A stretch of 63,174 bases of DNA, filler included, from Octopus bimaculoides (Eukaryota), in NCBI RefSeq assembly GCF_001194135.2. It is 5 parts of 4 records of this genome, joined end to end, with 100 filler letters (N's around TTAATTAATTAA, not from the genome) between each part and the next. Parts side by side here need not be neighbours in the genome. Positions count along the whole stretch, not along the records: positions 61,018 to 63,174 come from NW_026388765.1; 4 more parts are not named here. The stretch is one strand, 5' to 3'. Both the position numbers and the translations under genes were made by a program. Each line of letters begins with the position of its first letter. Position 1 is the stretch's first letter. Below the pieces are notes generated by a model. The model was not told where the DNA came from. It was given only the letters and a program-made list of their open reading frames with translations, and made no database searches. This document shows, piece after piece, positions 63,096 to 63,174 of this stretch.

Positions 63096-63174
63096 GCCGC
63101 ACAAATACATAGACTTATAGATACATACATACATACATACACACATGTATGCATACATACATACATACATATAT

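Overview
AT-rich, microsatellite-saturated animal genomic DNA from a gappy draft assembly. The SINE families look like Octopus, probably O. bimaculoides; this is inferred from repeat recognition, not from a database search. The only host coding sequence I can support is four consecutive minus-strand exons (18762-18640, 18160-17945, 16024-15840, 15698-15470). They have GT-AG sites and compatible phases, and encode an EGF-like repeat plus part of a YWTD beta-propeller of an LRP2/megalin-like receptor. The rest is intron or intergenic DNA with tRNA-derived SINEs, four R4/Dong-like retrotransposon fragments, an RTE fragment, several Penelope-like element (PLE) pieces, mariner/Tc1/Tigger/hAT relics, MITEs and simple repeats. 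The most interesting signal is three sequence-distinct families of minimal type-I hammerhead ribozyme motifs. Each family has its own stem I and II sequences that still pair, all have an extra A after the CUGANGA core, and stem III is palindromic wherever it is intact. One family sits in a PLE terminal repeat that also carries a tRNA-like Pol III head and an (AAT)n array. Another forms ~125 bp mini-elements inside TA/TACA microsatellites, and one copy may be a heterozygous insertion. Related termini occur as fold-back hairpins. Everything was read by eye, and repeat boundaries are approximate.
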